Positions 8,721 through 17,583 of a stretch of DNA of 64,000 nt are shown piece by piece (position 1 is the first letter of the stretch; the number at the start of each line of letters is the position of its first letter). Both the position numbers and the translations under genes were made by a program. This DNA is from Bacteroidales bacterium (lineage in GTDB: Bacteria; Bacteroidota; Bacteroidia; Bacteroidales; UBA12077): assembly GCA_028282785.1 (NCBI GenBank), contig JANQHE010000061.1, positions 195,170 to 259,169 of the forward strand, written 5' to 3'. The notes under the pieces were generated by a model. It had not been told where the DNA came from. It saw only the letters and a list, made by a program, of their open reading frames with translations, and did not search any database.

Positions 8721-10670
8721 ATGAGATTTAAGGATTTAAAAATTGGAACAAAAATGTATAGCGGTTTTATTTTTACCATTATTTTAACAATTGTAGTGGG
8801 TGTTATTGCTTATACAGGTATTTCAAAAATCGTATATCAATTAGAAATTTCGAAAATAGTGAACCGGATAATAGTAGACGCAGGCGATGCCCAGGCAGGC
8901 TCTCTCCGATATATAATTTACGGTGAAGAGAAATATTACGAGGTGGTCACAGAAGAAGCTAATAATATTTATAATCTGTCCGAAGAGGTAGAAAAACTCC
9001 TCCTTTCATCGGAAAACAAAAATATAGCAAATGATATTAAAATGAATATAGATAAATATGAAAAAGATAATATAAGATTTTATGAACTACAAAAGGAACG
9101 TGACGAAGTACATAATAATTGGATGAATGCAGCACTGGATGGAACAAAACAAATAGTTCACGTAATTGAAGAAGCTACTAATTTCTCGCGGGCTAACTCA
9201 AATGACTATTCTGCCGTTGAAAGAGTTTTTATGGTTCAAGAGGCACGCAATGCATTTAACCGGGTCAGAATAGCAGGTAATCAATATGTTAATAATAGCA
9301 ATGACGAGTTAGAGGCTAACTTGCGAAAAGAAATAATGACAATTAAACAGATATTCTTAGATGCTGAAAAGATAATGGTTTCTAATAAAACAAAAAAAGC
9401 TATGAAGTTGGCTTTAGAAAGCATTGAGAATTATGAAAAACAATTTAATAGATACCAGGAAATATTAGAAAAACAGAATGAAATCCAGGCTAGCCAGAGA
9501 AAAAATGCAGCTGAGCTTTTAGCAAAAGCAAGAGGATTGCGAGGAGGTGTTTATGATTATATTGAAAAAACTCGGGCAAGTGCATACACTCTTTTTATTA
9601 TTATTTTAATAGTTGCTGTATTTTCAGGGTTAATCATTGGGACAATTATAACTCGAATAATAACTAAACCTTTAGTAAAAGGTGTTGAATTTGCTAATAT
9701 TATTTCCAACGGGGATTTAACAAGAACCTTGGAGATCGACCAACGGGATGAAGTGGGAGATTTGGCTGAAGCAATGAAAAATATGATAGCTAAATTGAAA
9801 GATATTGTGACATCTGTTATTTCCGGTTCAGATAATATAGCATCCGCCAGTCAACAGGTAAGTAGTTCAGCTCAGGAAATGAGCCAGGGTGCAAACGAAC
9901 AAGCTGCATCGGTTGAGGAAATATCTTCCACAATGGAAGAGATAGCAGCAAACATCGAACAAAATTCCGATAATTCATCACAAACAGAGAAAATTGCATT
10001 ACTTGCTCAAAAAGGAATTGAAGATGTAAGTAGACAGTCACAAGATGCTCTTCATGCAAATAAAAAAATCTCGGAAAAAATCAGTATAATTACCGATATA
10101 GCGTTCCAAACAAATATTTTAGCTCTTAATGCTGCAGTTGAGGCAGCTCGTGCCGGTGAACACGGTAAAGGATTTGCCGTAGTAGCTGCTGAAGTTCGAA
10201 AATTAGCAGAACGTAGTAAGGTAGCTGCTGAAGAGATTGTTGGTTTGGCAAAAAATAGTTTAGAACTTACGGAGCTTACAGGAGCGAAAATGCAGGAATT
10301 ATTGCCGGAAGTAACAAAAACCGCACAGTTAGTTCAGGAAATTTCATCTGCGAGTAGAGAGCAAAATAGTGGTGCATTGCAAATTAATAATGCAACTCAG
10401 CAATTAAGTAACGTTACACAACAAAACGCAGCTGCCAGTGAAGAATTAGCAACAAGTTCAGAAGAAATGACAAGTCAATCGGAACAATTGCAGGAACTTG
10501 TTAGTTTCTTTAAGGTTGGTCAATTTACAATTAAGAAAAATGTTAAGAAGGTTACCACAAAGCCTGTAGAAACGGTAAAAAATATAGAAATTAAGCCTCA
10601 GGAAAAAGGGCTACAAAGTTTTTCACTTGAAGAAGAGTCGATAAGTGATTCTGAGTTTGAGAATTTTTAG
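8721..10670 (+). CDS. Methyl-accepting chemotaxis protein (two TM helices, ~260-aa periplasmic sensor, HAMP, MA domain)
   Basis: Highly conserved signalling hairpin ([44 protein letters not shown]), HAMP-like region ([21 protein letters not shown]), and a C-terminal ...SDSEFENF. Confidence 0.92.
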   Translation: MRFKDLKIGTKMYSGFIFTIILTIVVGVIAYTGISKIVYQLEISKIVNRIIVDAGDAQAGSLRYIIYGEEKYYEVVTEEANNIYNLSEEVEKLLLSSENKNIANDIKMNIDKYEKDNIRFYELQKERDEVHNNWMNAALDGTKQIVHVIEEATNFSRANSNDYSAVERVFMVQEARNAFNRVRIAGNQYVNNSNDELEANLRKEIMTIKQIFLDAEKIMVSNKTKKAMKLALESIENYEKQFNRYQEILEKQNEIQASQRKNAAELLAKARGLRGGVYDYIEKTRASAYTLFIIILIVAVFSGLIIGTIITRIITKPLVKGVEFANIISNGDLTRTLEIDQRDEVGDLAEAMKNMIAKLKDIVTSVISGSDNIASASQQVSSSAQEMSQGANEQAASVEEISSTMEEIAANIEQNSDNSSQTEKIALLAQKGIEDVSRQSQDALHANKKISEKISIITDIAFQTNILALNAAVEAARAGEHGKGFAVVAAEVRKLAERSKVAAEEIVGLAKNSLELTELTGAKMQELLPEVTKTAQLVQEISSASREQNSGALQINNATQQLSNVTQQNAAASEELATSSEEMTSQSEQLQELVSFFKVGQFTIKKNVKKVTTKPVETVKNIEIKPQEKGLQSFSLEEESISDSEFENF

Positions 10671-10681
10671 TAAGAATATTT

Positions 10682-10720
10682 AATTCTGAGGATAATTAAT
10701 TCTCAGAATTATTTCCTTTT
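10682..10720 (+). terminator. Hairpin after the MCP gene
   Basis: A 9-bp stem (aattctgag / ctcagaatt). The T-tract is weak (atttcctttt). Confidence 0.45.
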
Positions 10721-10747
10721 ACGATGGATTTTAAATAATTCTTTGCC

Positions 10748-11185
10748 ATGTCTTTATATTCACAATTGATTACATTTCTCATGGAGAAATCTAAGTATAT
10801 CAATAATTTAAATAATAAACCGAATCTATGTAAAAATAATGATACTTCCGAAGTATCAAAACTATTTAATTTATTTGAAAATGAATTGAAAAGTACACGT
10901 ATAAGGCAATTAAAGATAAATGAATTACTTGCTATATTACTAGATATATCTCACATACAAAAGAATAACGTAAACTTTGATAGTAAGACAATAGATTATC
11001 AGGTAAGTAAGTATTTAGAAAAATATTTGGATAACATTTTAAACAAAACTGAAGAATTTGGCAAGTATCATCCTTTATTTGGTTTTCAGATTTTTCGTAA
11101 AATGTTAAAAAATGCTTGGCTTAAGACAGAAAGTTATGAGCAAATTGAAAAATTAGAAAAATTGATTAATACGGACATTTTCTAA
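10748..11185 (+). CDS. Hypothetical protein
   Basis: 145-aa ORF with no recognisable motifs. A hairpin at 11227..11260 (aaaaggag / ctcctttt) follows. Confidence 0.45.
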   Translation: MSLYSQLITFLMEKSKYINNLNNKPNLCKNNDTSEVSKLFNLFENELKSTRIRQLKINELLAILLDISHIQKNNVNFDSKTIDYQVSKYLEKYLDNILNKTEEFGKYHPLFGFQIFRKMLKNAWLKTESYEQIEKLEKLINTDIF

Positions 11186-11295
11186 TAAAACAAATTTTAT
11201 ACACAAATTCTGCAACTTTAATAGTAAAAAGGAGTCTTTAGAATAGTCTCCTTTTATTTATATGAATTTTTTAAAACTATATGTAATAAAAATCT

Positions 11296-11325
11296 ACAGT
11301 TCGTTACTAACAAAATACAGTTCAT
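11296..11325 (+). promoter_or_regulatory. LytTR-type response-regulator binding site candidate: two 9-bp direct repeats with a 12-bp spacer
   Basis: ACAGTTCGT (11296..11304), a 12-nt spacer, then ACAGTTCAT (11317..11325). Both fit the published LytTR consensus [TA][AC][CA]GTTN[AG][TG] and its spacing. A near-consensus -7 box TACATTTT follows at 11327..11334, and the ATG is at 11403. Confidence 0.4.
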
Positions 11326-11402
11326 TACATTTTGGTGGATTAACGTTAAAAGTCGATATATTTTTGAATAGAAATTTAAAATGAAAAATTGTCGATAAAT
11401 AA

Positions 11403-12470
11403 ATGAAGATTTTAAACAGACAAATATCATCAAAAATAATTTTAAACATTCTGTTAGCAGTTGCTATAATTGGGATGTTTTTTATTTTATTGTCTGTTAA
11501 CAGAATGAATGTGGTTTTAAGTGCAGATTTAGGCTTTGATAAGGATAGTGTGGTTACTTTAAAAACAACAAAAAGTTCATTTGTACTTCCCGATAATTTG
11601 GTATTCTCATCTACATTGCCTGGATTTAATTCTGAAAGAGTTGTAAACGTTAGTTCGGAATATAATACTAAAGCTATGGAAATTACTCACCAATTAATTT
11701 CAGATCAATATTTGGACTTTTTTAATTATGAAATAATAGCTGAGAAACCTAGTTTATTTATGGATCATGATGATGGTCTGCTAATATATATTAATGAAAG
11801 TGCAGTTAAATTGTTAGGAATTGACTATATTGATGATGTTCCGGGTACTATATTAACGGACGATCGAAATAATAAGCTAATAGTTTGTGGCGTAGTTAGA
11901 GATTTTGAAAATTTAAATCTTACTTCAAATACACAACCAAAAATATTCCAGCTATCTTCAGGTCATTTAGCATACGCGTTTTATTCCGCATTAGAAGAAC
12001 AACCCTGGATAAAAGATATGAAGGTTGACATAAAAAAGCTTGGATTTTTAACTTTTCAAGAGAGAATAAAAAACGAACACATGATTTGGGAAGATGTTGT
12101 TTACAGTGCATTTTTATTTATCAACATATTTATATTGCTCATCTGTTTAGGACACATAGGAATAAAATATGCATATAAAAAAGAAGTAGACTTATTTAAG
12201 ATTTTAGGAGTAGGAATTCATGTTTTAACATTAGTGATATCAAAAACATATATCTATTTACTTGCAATAATAGGATTAGTCGTTGGTCCGATAGCGTTCT
12301 TAATTCAGAAATTGTGGTTAGAGGTATATGCTAACAGAGTAAATTTTGGTTTAGTCGATTTATTTATTATTCTATCCATGGCCCTTTTAACTGTGTACTT
12401 AGTTTGTTGTCCCAAGCGTAAACTTGTTGATCAGTTAAAAGGGAGGAATATTCAACACAATTCAATATAA
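11403..12470 (+). CDS. Single-module FtsX-like membrane permease (divergent)
   Basis: N-terminal TM helix and a periplasmic region with VCGVVRDFENLNL (compare IGVVKDFHFTSM in the FtsX paralogs), followed by C-terminal FtsX-like TM helices. Confidence 0.6.
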   Translation: MKILNRQISSKIILNILLAVAIIGMFFILLSVNRMNVVLSADLGFDKDSVVTLKTTKSSFVLPDNLVFSSTLPGFNSERVVNVSSEYNTKAMEITHQLISDQYLDFFNYEIIAEKPSLFMDHDDGLLIYINESAVKLLGIDYIDDVPGTILTDDRNNKLIVCGVVRDFENLNLTSNTQPKIFQLSSGHLAYAFYSALEEQPWIKDMKVDIKKLGFLTFQERIKNEHMIWEDVVYSAFLFINIFILLICLGHIGIKYAYKKEVDLFKILGVGIHVLTLVISKTYIYLLAIIGLVVGPIAFLIQKLWLEVYANRVNFGLVDLFIILSMALLTVYLVCCPKRKLVDQLKGRNIQHNSI

Positions 12471-12508
12471 ATTCACATTTTTAGTTATTTTAGGATTAGT
12501 TTTTTTCG

Positions 12509-12537
12509 AGCGAAACCTTATGGTTTCGCTTTTTTTT
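12509..12537 (+). terminator. Rho-independent terminator
   Basis: A 9-bp stem (agcgaaacc / ggtttcgct) with a ttat loop and a run of T residues. Confidence 0.75.
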
Positions 12538-12638
12538 CAAAGCTTTTGTCATTTAAGTAGATAAGTTTATATATTATTGGCAATAATGGATTAGAACATT
12601 TTTGGTAGTTTTCTGTTTCTTTTAAAATTGAAAATGAT

Positions 12639-12767
12639 ATGTCAAAAAAACTATGTAAAATAGATACAAAGAAGAAGTTAAAAGAAGAAAAAGCAAAGTA
12701 CGAATGTGAGAAATGTGGATTGTATTCGAGAAAGAAAAAGAAATTATGCAGATCAAATAAATTATAA
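12639..12767 (+). CDS. Small Lys/Cys-rich ORF (42 aa), possibly zinc-ribbon-like
   Basis: MSKKLCKIDTKKKLKEEKAKYECEKCGLYSRKKKKLCRSNKL. It is too short for the ORF track. It has four Cys (C6, C23, C26, C37) and a strong terminator follows immediately. Confidence 0.3.
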   Translation: MSKKLCKIDTKKKLKEEKAKYECEKCGLYSRKKKKLCRSNKL

Positions 12768-12800
12768 AAAAGCGCATTAACGAATGCGCTTTTAATTTTT
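12766..12800. terminator. Bidirectional terminator between convergent genes
   Basis: A 9-bp stem (aagcgcatt / aatgcgctt) with a 4-nt loop, an A-run on the 5' side and a T-run on the 3' side. Confidence 0.75.
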
Positions 12801-14881
12801 TAATTTCTAGGTTTAAAGGACCCCGCCTCTGAAATTATTAATGGGAACTTCTTTTTTATTTCTTTTTGTTGAACAGATGAAAGATCATTATAGCTCATAT
12901 TATATTTTTTAAAAGAATATTCCTCTCTAAATTCATAAATTACTGATCTGGCCATATCCTGGTATCCGATATATGCACTTAATATTGTGGTTTCATCATA
13001 ATAAAGGTCAGCAATATATTTTTCAGAACTTAAAACTGCTTCTTTAAACTTCGGTTTTAAATTTTCCGGTGTATTTTTTTTATTTGTCGCATCTATTTCA
13101 AAAAATGTAATTCCTTTTTTAACTATGTCCTTCTTATCTAATATTTCTATACCAACCAAAGGTGGAAGTTTTTTAGGCATTCCAATAAATCCACGTTGTA
13201 ATTTAGAAATCTTTGGATCAGTAACTTTTCCCATATGCGCTACTTTCAATAGTCCTATTTCACGTAGAGTTTGATTCAACTTATTCATATAATCCATTGA
13301 AAGATTTTTGTCAGCAAAAATGTTAATGGTAATAATGTCATGATCTAATTGGTTTATTTTAGATTTTTCTTGTAACAAAATTTCTTTTAAATCATCGTAA
13401 TTTGTAAGCTTTTTATTTACATATATTTTATCATCTGCCATTACCACATTAATGCAGAGCTCGCGTCGCTGAAGTAATTTGTAATTTTCCAATACAGGTA
13501 AATCTATATTTATATCATAATCTGCTAAGTAGTAATTTAGTGAATTAGTGTAGTTTGATTTCTCATATAAAGAATACTCTGCATCGTTCCACCATATTTT
13601 TAATTGATTGTTAACAACTTCATATTTAAGTTCAATTGTTTTCTTACCCGGTAAACTTAGAATAATATAGTTGCCTTGTAATTGGTATGGATATTCCTTC
13701 AACATAATATTTTCATCTAAAACTGAAAACTTAGTATTTTCAAACAGAACTTTCATTCCGTATGTTGTATTGGATGTATTTGTCCACATTCCTTTCATCT
13801 TATTCATGTTGCTTTGTAGTTCAAAGAATGAAAGATTAGTTAAAACACTTTTTGGACTGTTTAAGGTCAGATTTGCAAAAAGTATAAATGCAAATAGCGC
13901 TGCAGGAATAATTAATAAAGCTTTAAATTTTGCTAAAAATCCTGATTTGGTTTTGTTCATCATGTTAATTCGGTTTTTAATAGATATAAGGTTAAAGTTG
14001 TTTACAAGTTGTACTGAAGGAATGGATATAAATTGATTTAGTAATAATTCCTGATAATCCAGTAAATTGTAGCCTCGGTCAACTACATTACTGTCTGCAA
14101 GGTATTCATGGTTTGTTTTTATAGTTTTTTGTAAGAACCATACAAATGGATTGAACCACTGTAAAATTGCAATAGCATGTGCAATTAAAAGATCAACCGA
14201 GTGATATTGTTTGATATGCGCCTTTTCATGGGCAAGAATCTGTTCTATTTTTTGAGTTGAATAAATATCATTATTTAAAAATACATAGCCCATAAATGAA
14301 AAAGGAGGGAGGTTTTTATTCAGCTTAATAATTTTAATGCCATGATAACTTTCAACTTGATTTTTTGTAATGGTTTTAAAAACCCAATGAAATAATATAA
14401 CTATTCTTGAAAAGAATATTAGAACACCCAGAACGTAAATAGTAAATATTATTTGTACGATTGATAACTTGATTGATTGGTCTGGTGTTTCCGTAATTTT
14501 TAATGTGGAACTATTGTCAATTATATAGTTACTCTTTGTAGAACTCAAATTATTAAAATCAACTATTCCAGGTTCATCAAAATCCGAATTAAATTTGTAA
14601 GCTTCAATTTGCAAATAATCAGGATCTGTTAAAGCAATTAGTTGTTCATAATAAGTTCTGAATTTTCCAATTTCATTTATAGCATTTTCATATCTCCGGG
14701 TATCCTTAACATTTATATTTATGTGCATAAATGGAACCAATAAGGACAAAAGAATAATAGAAATCAGATAGATCCGATTAAATTTAAAATATGTTTCTTT
14801 TCGGAAAAAAAGCGCATAAACCAGGAACAGAATCGTAAGGCATAATCCTGATTCAAACAGATATAGTAAGAATTTAACCAT
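12800..14881 (-). CDS. BlaR1-like M56 family membrane metalloprotease/sensor with ExbD-like C-terminal segments
   Basis: HEKAHIKQYH (the HExxH of M56) follows the N-terminal TM helices. It overlaps the BlaI-like gene by 8 nt. The C-terminal half resembles ExbD periplasmic domains (see findings). Confidence 0.85.
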   Translation of the reverse strand: MVKFLLYLFESGLCLTILFLVYALFFRKETYFKFNRIYLISIILLSLLVPFMHININVKDTRRYENAINEIGKFRTYYEQLIALTDPDYLQIEAYKFNSDFDEPGIVDFNNLSSTKSNYIIDNSSTLKITETPDQSIKLSIVQIIFTIYVLGVLIFFSRIVILFHWVFKTITKNQVESYHGIKIIKLNKNLPPFSFMGYVFLNNDIYSTQKIEQILAHEKAHIKQYHSVDLLIAHAIAILQWFNPFVWFLQKTIKTNHEYLADSNVVDRGYNLLDYQELLLNQFISIPSVQLVNNFNLISIKNRINMMNKTKSGFLAKFKALLIIPAALFAFILFANLTLNSPKSVLTNLSFFELQSNMNKMKGMWTNTSNTTYGMKVLFENTKFSVLDENIMLKEYPYQLQGNYIILSLPGKKTIELKYEVVNNQLKIWWNDAEYSLYEKSNYTNSLNYYLADYDINIDLPVLENYKLLQRRELCINVVMADDKIYVNKKLTNYDDLKEILLQEKSKINQLDHDIITINIFADKNLSMDYMNKLNQTLREIGLLKVAHMGKVTDPKISKLQRGFIGMPKKLPPLVGIEILDKKDIVKKGITFFEIDATNKKNTPENLKPKFKEAVLSSEKYIADLYYDETTILSAYIGYQDMARSVIYEFREEYSFKKYNMSYNDLSSVQQKEIKKKFPLIISEAGSFKPRN

Positions 14882-15251
14882 TTTTTTTCTTGTCCTTTAT
14901 CTCATTTAACATTTTCATTACTTCGTCAACTTCATCTATATCCAGATCTTTATTTTCCGAAAAGAAATTAACTACTTGCTTTAAAGAATTGTTATAATAA
15001 TCTTTTAAAAGCCTGCTCATTTGTCCCTTTTTATAATCTTCTTTGGTTATTAAAGGATAGTATTCATAGGTATTTCCATACTTTTTAAATGATACTATTT
15101 CTTTTTTTACTAAAACTCTCACGATTGTAGATACTGAATTATAAGGCGGTTTTGGGTCGGGAAAATATTCCAGGATATCATTTATAAATCCTTTTTCAAT
15201 TTTCCATAGGATTTTCATGATACGCTCTTCAGCTTTTGTTAGTGTTGTCAT
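14874..15251 (-). CDS. BlaI/MecI/CopY-family transcriptional repressor
   Basis: 125 aa with a winged-helix N-terminus (LTKAEERIMKILW...). It shows the classic pairing and overlap with an M56 sensor gene. Confidence 0.85.
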   Translation of the reverse strand: MTTLTKAEERIMKILWKIEKGFINDILEYFPDPKPPYNSVSTIVRVLVKKEIVSFKKYGNTYEYYPLITKEDYKKGQMSRLLKDYYNNSLKQVVNFFSENKDLDIDEVDEVMKMLNEIKDKKKNG

Positions 15252-15254
15252 AGA

Positions 15255-15818
15255 TTATTTGTTTATATGCATTGGTTCGGCTTCTGAAATTACAGCAGGA
15301 ACAGCATTTTTAACAGCATCTTTTAAATGTTTAGGTAATTCATCATATGTTTTACCGAAGTGTTTCATGCTAAATTCATCCTTAACTTCATTACCGGCAG
15401 CTACTAATTCATTCATAACCTTAATAAACATTCCATAGGATGTTGATCTATCATTTTTTATGGAAATTACTCCTTTCGAGATTTGAATTTCACCAAAAGG
15501 CTCAACAAAAGCTGTTCGCTTTTCAGGTAAGTTTTCCTTATTATTAGGATTAGTTAAAAATTCTTTTGTTTTTTCTTTTAACAAACTTAAAGGCATTTGA
15601 TTTCCTTCAACCATTAATTGGTCGTTCGCATTAACTAAAACAACCCAAACATTACGTTCATTAAATTCAGGTGGTGGTACATCAGAAGGTGGAGATAACC
15701 TCCGTATCATTCCTGAATCTATATCCATAGTAGTTGCAACAAGGAAAAAGATCAATAGTAAAAAAGCAATATCAGCTAATGATCCTCCATTGATTTCTGG
15801 TAATTCTCGTTTTCTCAT
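15255..15818 (-). CDS. exbD: ExbD/TolR-family biopolymer transport protein with an extended C-terminal tail
   Basis: N-terminal TM helix ADIAFLLLIFFLVATT and a periplasmic ExbD-like domain. No exbB or tonB lies adjacent. Confidence 0.8.
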   Translation of the reverse strand: MRKRELPEINGGSLADIAFLLLIFFLVATTMDIDSGMIRRLSPPSDVPPPEFNERNVWVVLVNANDQLMVEGNQMPLSLLKEKTKEFLTNPNNKENLPEKRTAFVEPFGEIQISKGVISIKNDRSTSYGMFIKVMNELVAAGNEVKDEFSMKHFGKTYDELPKHLKDAVKNAVPAVISEAEPMHINK

Positions 15819-15867
15819 AGTATTTTACTAGTATAATGAATGGTTCAATTTAAATATGATACAATTT

Positions 15868-15926
15868 TACAACTTATTTTTAAATAATACAACTTAAAAT
15901 TAAGTTAAATTATTTAGTTTTAAGTT
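15868..15926. promoter_or_regulatory. Candidate operator cluster upstream of the exbD-blaI-blaR1-like operon
   Basis: TACAACTTA occurs twice, 20 bp apart (15868 and 15888). The second copy is part of the perfect palindrome AACTTA-aaat-TAAGTT (15891..15906), and there is a further TAAGTT at 15921. BlaI/CopY-family operators contain TACA/TGTA-type dyads. Confidence 0.3.
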
Positions 15927-16039
15927 ATAATTTTTTATTGTCAGGTTTCATGGTCCTTATAGCAAAATTTTAAAATGGAGTAATTCGAATAATTTTTGCA
16001 TAAATTTGTTTTGATATTAACCTTAATCTGCATAAAATA

Positions 16040-17494
16040 ATGACAAAAAAACGCTTGCCTTTATTAATCTTTGTATTAATGATATTATCTGCTTGTGAAA
16101 AGAATGGAACAAATTCAAATTTGGAAGGAACTACAGACAGTTTAATTCAAATAACAATTTTATATACAAATGATGAACATGGTTGGTTTCAGGAAACAAG
16201 TAACACTAATGGTGCTGCCGGACTAACCGGGCTTTGGAAAAACAAAGAAGGCTATGATGGTTCTGACAAATTTTTGGTCCTAAGTGGAGGGGATATGTGG
16301 ACAGGTGCAGCAGCTTCTACATGGTTTCAGGGAGAATCGATGGTTGAAGTGATGAATGCCATGGAATACGATGCGGCAGCAATCGGAAATCACGAATTCG
16401 ATTTTACCGTGAGTGTATTAAATCAAAGATTGGAAGAAATGGATTTTCCTTTACTTTCGGCTAATATTATCGAAAAAGAATCGGGAGAAATACCTGAATT
16501 TGCTCAACCTTATATTATAGAAAATGTGGATGGTATACAAGTAGGGATTATTGGATTATCTTCAACAAGCACTCCTTACACAACTTTTCCAGCATATGTT
16601 GAAGATTATGAGTTTACTTCATATACAGAAGCTTTAAATGAATATGCACCAAAAGCTGTTGCAGATGGAGCCAAAGTATTGATACTTATTAGTCATCTGT
16701 GCGTAAGTGAATTAAAGGATATTGCCGATGTGGCTAAATCCAATGGAATTTATATTATGGGTGCAGGACATTGTCACGAAGTTACAGCACAGAATTACAA
16801 TGATGTTATTATAATTGGTGCTGGAGATTATATGGAAGGATATGTAAAACTGGATTTTTATTACAATTTTACAAAAGATGTACTTCAGGATTTAAATTAT
16901 GAGACAGTATATAATGATGATAACAATATAGATGACGATGTAAAAACAATTGTTGACTACTGGATTGAACAAACAGACGCAGTTTTATCCGAAGTTCTCG
17001 GATATGCGTCAGAAGATATCAGTAGATTCTCTGTTGAGATGTATAACTTAGTATGCGATTCCTGGTTTTATACTTTCCCCGATGCTGATATTACAATTAC
17101 AAATACCGGCGGAATACGACAGGATATTTTTGCCGGAGATGTTAAACTGGAAACAATAGTAGGTCTGCTGCCTTTTGAAAATACGATTGTTGAACTGGAA
17201 CTGACAGGTTTGGAAGTTAAGAATTGTATTGATGGATTAATATATGGTGGCATGACAACTGCAGGAGGATATTTCCTGTCAGATGGCAGTCCCATAGATG
17301 ATCGGGCTGTTTATACCGTTTTAACTACTGATTATCTGTACTCGCAATCTTCCCTAAGCTTTGCACAATACGATCATACACCATACTATACTTCGGTACA
17401 CTACAGACAACCTTTAGTGGATTGGTTAAAGTCGTTAAATACGAGCAGTTCTGATCCTTTAAATAATTATTTGGATTCGCAATCCAGATGGTAA
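16040..17494 (+). CDS. Lipoprotein 5'-nucleotidase / metallophosphoesterase (UshA-like)
   Basis: Lipobox LSAC, phosphoesterase motifs (NDEHG, GGDMW, GNHEFD) and a C-terminal 5'-nucleotidase-type domain. Confidence 0.85.
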   Translation: MTKKRLPLLIFVLMILSACEKNGTNSNLEGTTDSLIQITILYTNDEHGWFQETSNTNGAAGLTGLWKNKEGYDGSDKFLVLSGGDMWTGAAASTWFQGESMVEVMNAMEYDAAAIGNHEFDFTVSVLNQRLEEMDFPLLSANIIEKESGEIPEFAQPYIIENVDGIQVGIIGLSSTSTPYTTFPAYVEDYEFTSYTEALNEYAPKAVADGAKVLILISHLCVSELKDIADVAKSNGIYIMGAGHCHEVTAQNYNDVIIIGAGDYMEGYVKLDFYYNFTKDVLQDLNYETVYNDDNNIDDDVKTIVDYWIEQTDAVLSEVLGYASEDISRFSVEMYNLVCDSWFYTFPDADITITNTGGIRQDIFAGDVKLETIVGLLPFENTIVELELTGLEVKNCIDGLIYGGMTTAGGYFLSDGSPIDDRAVYTVLTTDYLYSQSSLSFAQYDHTPYYTSVHYRQPLVDWLKSLNTSSSDPLNNYLDSQSRW

Positions 17495-17503
17495 AAAAGA
17501 AAT

Positions 17504-17564
17504 CATTGCGAATGAACTTTTAAAGCGAATGAAGCCTGCCAGCAGGCAGGCTTCATTCGCAATG
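17504..17564. terminator. Very strong hairpin between convergent genes, with an alternative outer pairing
   Basis: A 16-bp perfect stem (gcgaatgaagcctgcc / ggcaggcttcattcgc, 17525..17560) with a 4-nt loop. cattgcgaatga (17504..17515) can alternatively pair with tcattcgcaatg (17553..17564). It contains the CCTGCC/GGCAGG core seen elsewhere in the window. Confidence 0.6.
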
Positions 17565-17583
17565 ACCCCAAAGAGTTTATTAC

